From: Candidatus Oxydemutatoraceae bacterium | GTDB taxonomy: Bacteria > Pseudomonadota > Gammaproteobacteria > Poriferisulfidales > Oxydemutatoraceae | Assembly: GCA_965219575.1 (NCBI GenBank) | Contig: OZ244779.1 | Span: 1,452,769 to 1,516,768 of the forward strand | Reading direction: 5' to 3' | DNA: 64,000 nt | The notes under the pieces: generated by a model | What the model was told of the DNA's origin: nothing | The model's input: only the letters and a program-made list of their open reading frames with translations | The model's database searches: none | Made by a program: the position numbers and the translations under genes | Shown here: one piece after another, positions 60,324 through 64,000 of the stretch | Position numbering within the stretch: the stretch's first letter is position 1 | Layout: the number at the start of each line of letters is the position of its first letter

Positions 60324-61162
60324 CGAGCTTTATCGGGTGGGGTAGGGGGCATATCATAAACTATCTGTTCGTGCTTGTGATAGACTAAAAAGGCTTTGCC
60401 TTTGGCTCGCGCAATCATCATCACATTCAAGTCTTCCGCCAGCTGTAGACCCATTTGCGTAATACCCGATCTGGACAATAAGATAGGTATACTCATGTGC
60501 GCGGCTTTCATGACGATCTCGGATGTCAACCTGCCTGTGGTGTAAAAAATTTTATCGGCACCGCTAATCTCGTTCAACCACATCATACCGGCGATCGCAT
60601 CGGCTGCATTGTGTCTACCCACATCCTCTACAAATTCTAAAATTTTATCGCCTTCGCACAAAGCACAGCCGTGTACCGCACCGGCAGCTCTATAAATCTC
60701 ATTGCGCTGCGCAATCGCACCGAGGAGTGCATAGATCGTCGATTGTTCGAGCTGCACATCGGGAAGCCTTTGATCGTATAATTTATCCAAAGTGCAGCTG
60801 AAGACGGTGCCTTGACCGCAGCCGCTGGTAACGATGCGTTTGGAGAGTTTGTTCTGCCAATCGTTTATCGCATAAGCATCCTTGAGTTTGACATCGACCG
60901 ACTCTCTCTCCCAATCAACCGTCACCGATGCAATATGATCTATATCTTCGACCAACCGCTGATTACGCAGATAACCGATTGCAAGTTCTTCGGGGTAAGT
61001 ACCTAAAGTCATTAAGGTTACCACTTCTTGTCCGTCGACTATCAAGGTCAACGGCGACTCGCCGGCAACATTTACCGTACGATTTTGATTATACTGATCT
61101 TGCGCTTGCACCGAGTAGGTAGGCGACAATCTCCGGTAAGTTCTTTGTAGTGTTTTTTTCAT
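60320..61162 (-). CDS. fdhD: Formate dehydrogenase accessory sulfurtransferase
   Basis: TSGCG, GAVHGCAL, EDVGRHNA, TGRLTSE. Confidence 0.92.
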   Translation of the reverse strand: MKKTLQRTYRRLSPTYSVQAQDQYNQNRTVNVAGESPLTLIVDGQEVVTLMTLGTYPEELAIGYLRNQRLVEDIDHIASVTVDWERESVDVKLKDAYAINDWQNKLSKRIVTSGCGQGTVFSCTLDKLYDQRLPDVQLEQSTIYALLGAIAQRNEIYRAAGAVHGCALCEGDKILEFVEDVGRHNAADAIAGMMWLNEISGADKIFYTTGRLTSEIVMKAAHMSIPILLSRSGITQMGLQLAEDLNVMMIARAKGKAFLVYHKHEQIVYDMPPTPPDKAR

Positions 61163-61166
61163 TTGT

Positions 61167-63647
61167 TCAGGTTTTTCCCATCGGTCTGAAAGTCATTAGC
61201 AACGAGGGTAGCAATGTCAACGCACCTAATAGGGCAATCAACATTGCAAGCCCGGTGAGCAAACCGAAGTAAATCGTCGGAATGAAATTGGATAATGTCA
61301 AAATGGAAAAGCCGGCGATAATCGTGACCGAAGTATAATACATCGCTCGACCGATGCTGTTATGGCATCGTTTGACCGTTTCTTTATAATCACGATCTTG
61401 AACATATTCCCGCTTGAAGCGAACGATATAATGAATGGTATTATCGACCGATATACCGATACTGATTGCAGCAAGCATGATAGTCATCAAATCGAGCGGT
61501 ATACCCAACCATCCCATGAGACCCAAAACAACCGACGCCGAGAGCGCATTCGGAATAATCGCAATAACCGCAAGCGACACAGACCTGAATAACAGCAAAA
61601 ACATCAAAAATATTACGATGAGAACGGTTCCCAAAGTTAAAATCTGCGATTGGTATAAACTTTGTAGCATATTGTTATATAGCACCAACATACCCGAAAG
61701 CCTGAATTGGTCTTCGCTATAACCGAAATCCAGTAATTGCTGTCTGGATTGCTCGATTAATTCTTTGCGCTTTAGATCTTTATCCGAATCGATGACGCGC
61801 ATACTGATACGCACCTCGTTGCCGTCTTCGGATATATAAGGCGAATAAAGCACCTTTTTAATATCCTCCGGAAGTAATTTACTAACAAAAGCCACTTCGA
61901 AATCGTTAAGCGGCTTGCCGTCGTTCAATATCTCCACAAGTTCAACCAACGTTGCTAAAGACAGGACTTTTCCGACCTCCGGTTTTTTATCAAAATAATC
62001 ATGTATCTTTTTGATTTCTTTGAGCTTTACCGGGCTAATCCAGTAGTTTTCGAGGCTTTGTTCTTCACCTAGATAATCGGCGAGAAAATCCTCTTCGACG
62101 ATGGTCGGCGGCAACGCCTCGGATGTGTCCGTGGCTTCGGGCGCGTTGAGTATCACATCGAACGGCGTAGTGCCGCCTAATTTTCTATCTATTTCCAACA
62201 TCCCTTTGTAAATTTCGGTATCTTTATCAAAATAATCTATGAACCGATTTTCTACTTCCAGACGACTCATGCCGACGGCACCGGCGATCGCCAGCAATGC
62301 CGAAATTAAAATTATCGGACGATGATATTTGCGGCTCAAGTTTGAAAAAGTATTGGTTATTTTATATGTAAAGTCTTTTTCGTTGTATTCCTTACTTCTT
62401 TTGGTCAAACATATAAAGCTGGGGAATAGGGTGAACACCACCACGAACAAGAGCACGATACCGATAGTCATGACATAGCCGAAATCAATGACCGGGCGTA
62501 TACCACTCGCCAACAGTGAGACGAATGCAACGATGGTCGTCAAGGCAGCATATAGACACGGGATATACATAAATCGCACGGTTTGCTTGCTCAGTCCTAG
62601 AACATCGGTTTGTGGTTGCTTCGCTTGTAATTCTCGAAAACGCACGATCAGATGCATCACCATAGACATCGCAATAATCATCAACAAAGAGGCAAAATTA
62701 GCCGAGATTACGGTGACCCGCTGATTCATCAGAGCCAAAACACCCATCGTTGCGACCGCAGAAAATATTGCGCACATCATTGCAACACCGATCCAACGCG
62801 GGCTTCGGAAAATAACACCGAGTAAAACGATTAAAAATATGATGATGGCACTGCCGAAGACAATCATATCGTTATATACCATCGTAATCATATCGGTTAC
62901 AATCATCGGCAAACCACCTAAAAATATAGCGTTATTCTGTTGGTAGCGCATGATGACCTCGCGGATTTTCATGGTCGTGTTGCGTTCGTTTCGGGTATAT
63001 ACGACCTGATATTCCTTGAACGCGCGTTCTGCCTCGGCAAGTGCCGGCACGGAATAATCGCCACCGCTGCGCTTGAGCTCTCGCAACCGTTCTCGCTCTG
63101 CCAATAATCGCTTATGAGTCGCATCGCTTTCCAGATACGCCAACAACATTGCCGTATTACCGTCGGGACTGAGCAATAAGTTTTTGTATAAAGGGCTATT
63201 TTGGAATTCATTTCTGGCTAGTTGCAAGTCCACATTTTTACTTTCTATGGTTCTGGTGTTTTCCGACAGTTCACTCAAATCGAGCGGCGGACTTTGCAAT
63301 AGCGGTACATCGAGTAGAGATAATACCCGCTTGATGCCGGGGACATCTGCGATATCGTCGGCAAGGCGCCGCATCTCTTCGAGTGTTTCTCTCTCGAATA
63401 ATTGTCGTGGGGGAATAGGCTTGTATGTAATAGCAAAGAAATTATCCGAACCGTAGCGCTTGATTAGTTCGCGGTAGTATTTGAGGTCTTCGTCGTTTTC
63501 TAAAACCAACGAATCGGCCGAAGCGTCCACTCTAAAATTGTCCAGATGGCTCGCAAGCCAGGCAATTAAAGCGAGCAATACAACCAAGGTGATAACAGGT
63601 TTTCCGAATATCAGGAATTCATAAATTTGCCAGATTGTTTTTTTCAT
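61167..63647 (-). CDS. RND/MMPL-family transporter
   Basis: Two periplasmic loops with two TM bundles; GISVDNTIH. Confidence 0.88.
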   Translation of the reverse strand: MKKTIWQIYEFLIFGKPVITLVVLLALIAWLASHLDNFRVDASADSLVLENDEDLKYYRELIKRYGSDNFFAITYKPIPPRQLFERETLEEMRRLADDIADVPGIKRVLSLLDVPLLQSPPLDLSELSENTRTIESKNVDLQLARNEFQNSPLYKNLLLSPDGNTAMLLAYLESDATHKRLLAERERLRELKRSGGDYSVPALAEAERAFKEYQVVYTRNERNTTMKIREVIMRYQQNNAIFLGGLPMIVTDMITMVYNDMIVFGSAIIIFLIVLLGVIFRSPRWIGVAMMCAIFSAVATMGVLALMNQRVTVISANFASLLMIIAMSMVMHLIVRFRELQAKQPQTDVLGLSKQTVRFMYIPCLYAALTTIVAFVSLLASGIRPVIDFGYVMTIGIVLLFVVVFTLFPSFICLTKRSKEYNEKDFTYKITNTFSNLSRKYHRPIILISALLAIAGAVGMSRLEVENRFIDYFDKDTEIYKGMLEIDRKLGGTTPFDVILNAPEATDTSEALPPTIVEEDFLADYLGEEQSLENYWISPVKLKEIKKIHDYFDKKPEVGKVLSLATLVELVEILNDGKPLNDFEVAFVSKLLPEDIKKVLYSPYISEDGNEVRISMRVIDSDKDLKRKELIEQSRQQLLDFGYSEDQFRLSGMLVLYNNMLQSLYQSQILTLGTVLIVIFLMFLLLFRSVSLAVIAIIPNALSASVVLGLMGWLGIPLDLMTIMLAAISIGISVDNTIHYIVRFKREYVQDRDYKETVKRCHNSIGRAMYYTSVTIIAGFSILTLSNFIPTIYFGLLTGLAMLIALLGALTLLPSLLMTFRPMGKT

Positions 63648-64000
63648 TGTTTATGCTTTTGTATGCGCGGTAGTATTTTGACTATTTTAATTGCATTTTT
63701 ATGCGTTTTGACGACTTCAAAAGGATGTCCTTCGATTAATACGCCGATTGCCGATTTGGGGATGAGTTCCAAATGTTCCAAGACCAACCCGTTAACGGTT
63801 TTAGGGCCGTTTTCGCTGAGCTCCCATTCCATCGTTTTATTCAATTCTCGTATATAGCAACCGCCGTCGACGATGACACTGCCGTCTTTTTGTCGTGTAA
63901 TCATCGTGTCGTAAGTTTTAGGATCGTTGGTGAACCGACCGATTATCTCTTCGAGTAAATCATCCATAGCTGCCAAGCCTTGAACTTCGCCGAACTCGTT
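63644..64000 (-). CDS. HlyC/CorC (CNNM) family protein, C-terminal part; 5' end outside the window
   Basis: The frame is open from 64000 (NEFGEVQGLAAMDDLLEEIIG); CorC_HlyC domain GPKTVNGLVLEHLE. Confidence 0.88.
   Translation of the reverse strand, partial: NEFGEVQGLAAMDDLLEEIIGRFTNDPKTYDTMITRQKDGSVIVDGGCYIRELNKTMEWELSENGPKTVNGLVLEHLELIPKSAIGVLIEGHPFEVVKTHKNAIKIVKILPRIQKHKQ

Noticed and set aside
1-64000. tRNA, rRNA, integrase, transposase or prophage genes
   Set aside because: None recognised by eye. tRNAscan-SE and Infernal would be needed to exclude RNA genes formally.

Overview
Bacterial DNA, gammaproteobacterial by gene content and order. Expanded TPR, GLUG and cadherin-like proteins suggest a host-associated marine lineage (inference). 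Positions 1-19 kb are accessory. They hold the 3' part of a giant GLUG/cadherin-like surface protein and a minus-strand cluster that looks like an uncharacterised ion-driven envelope machine: a MotA/TolQ/ExbB channel, two ExbD/MotB-like TM-coiled-coil-vWA proteins, TM-PEGA-SUMF1 and TM-helical-PEGA proteins, a lipoprotein and an acidic secreted protein. An inverted pair of TPR paralogues interrupts this cluster. Positions 19-64 kb are mostly housekeeping: accA-tilS-pyrG-kdsA-eno-ribB-ribH-nusB-thiL-pgpA, gltX, uvrA, ssb, sugar genes, miaB-phoH-ybeY-corC-lnt-manC-leuS-lptE-galU, dxs-ispA-xseB, rubrerythrin-FeS-DUF3501, fdhD, MMPL. A decayed ATPase islet lies at 30.7-33.9 kb. Intergenic DNA carries a modular, nested repeat system of three hairpin families plus MITE-like termini, and no transposase is present in the window. 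Two homologous ~56-nt promoter-core-terminator units (18.8 kb and 34.1 kb) look like an unannotated small-RNA family. I saw no tRNA, rRNA or CRISPR array. All family assignments come from motif recognition by eye, not database searches.
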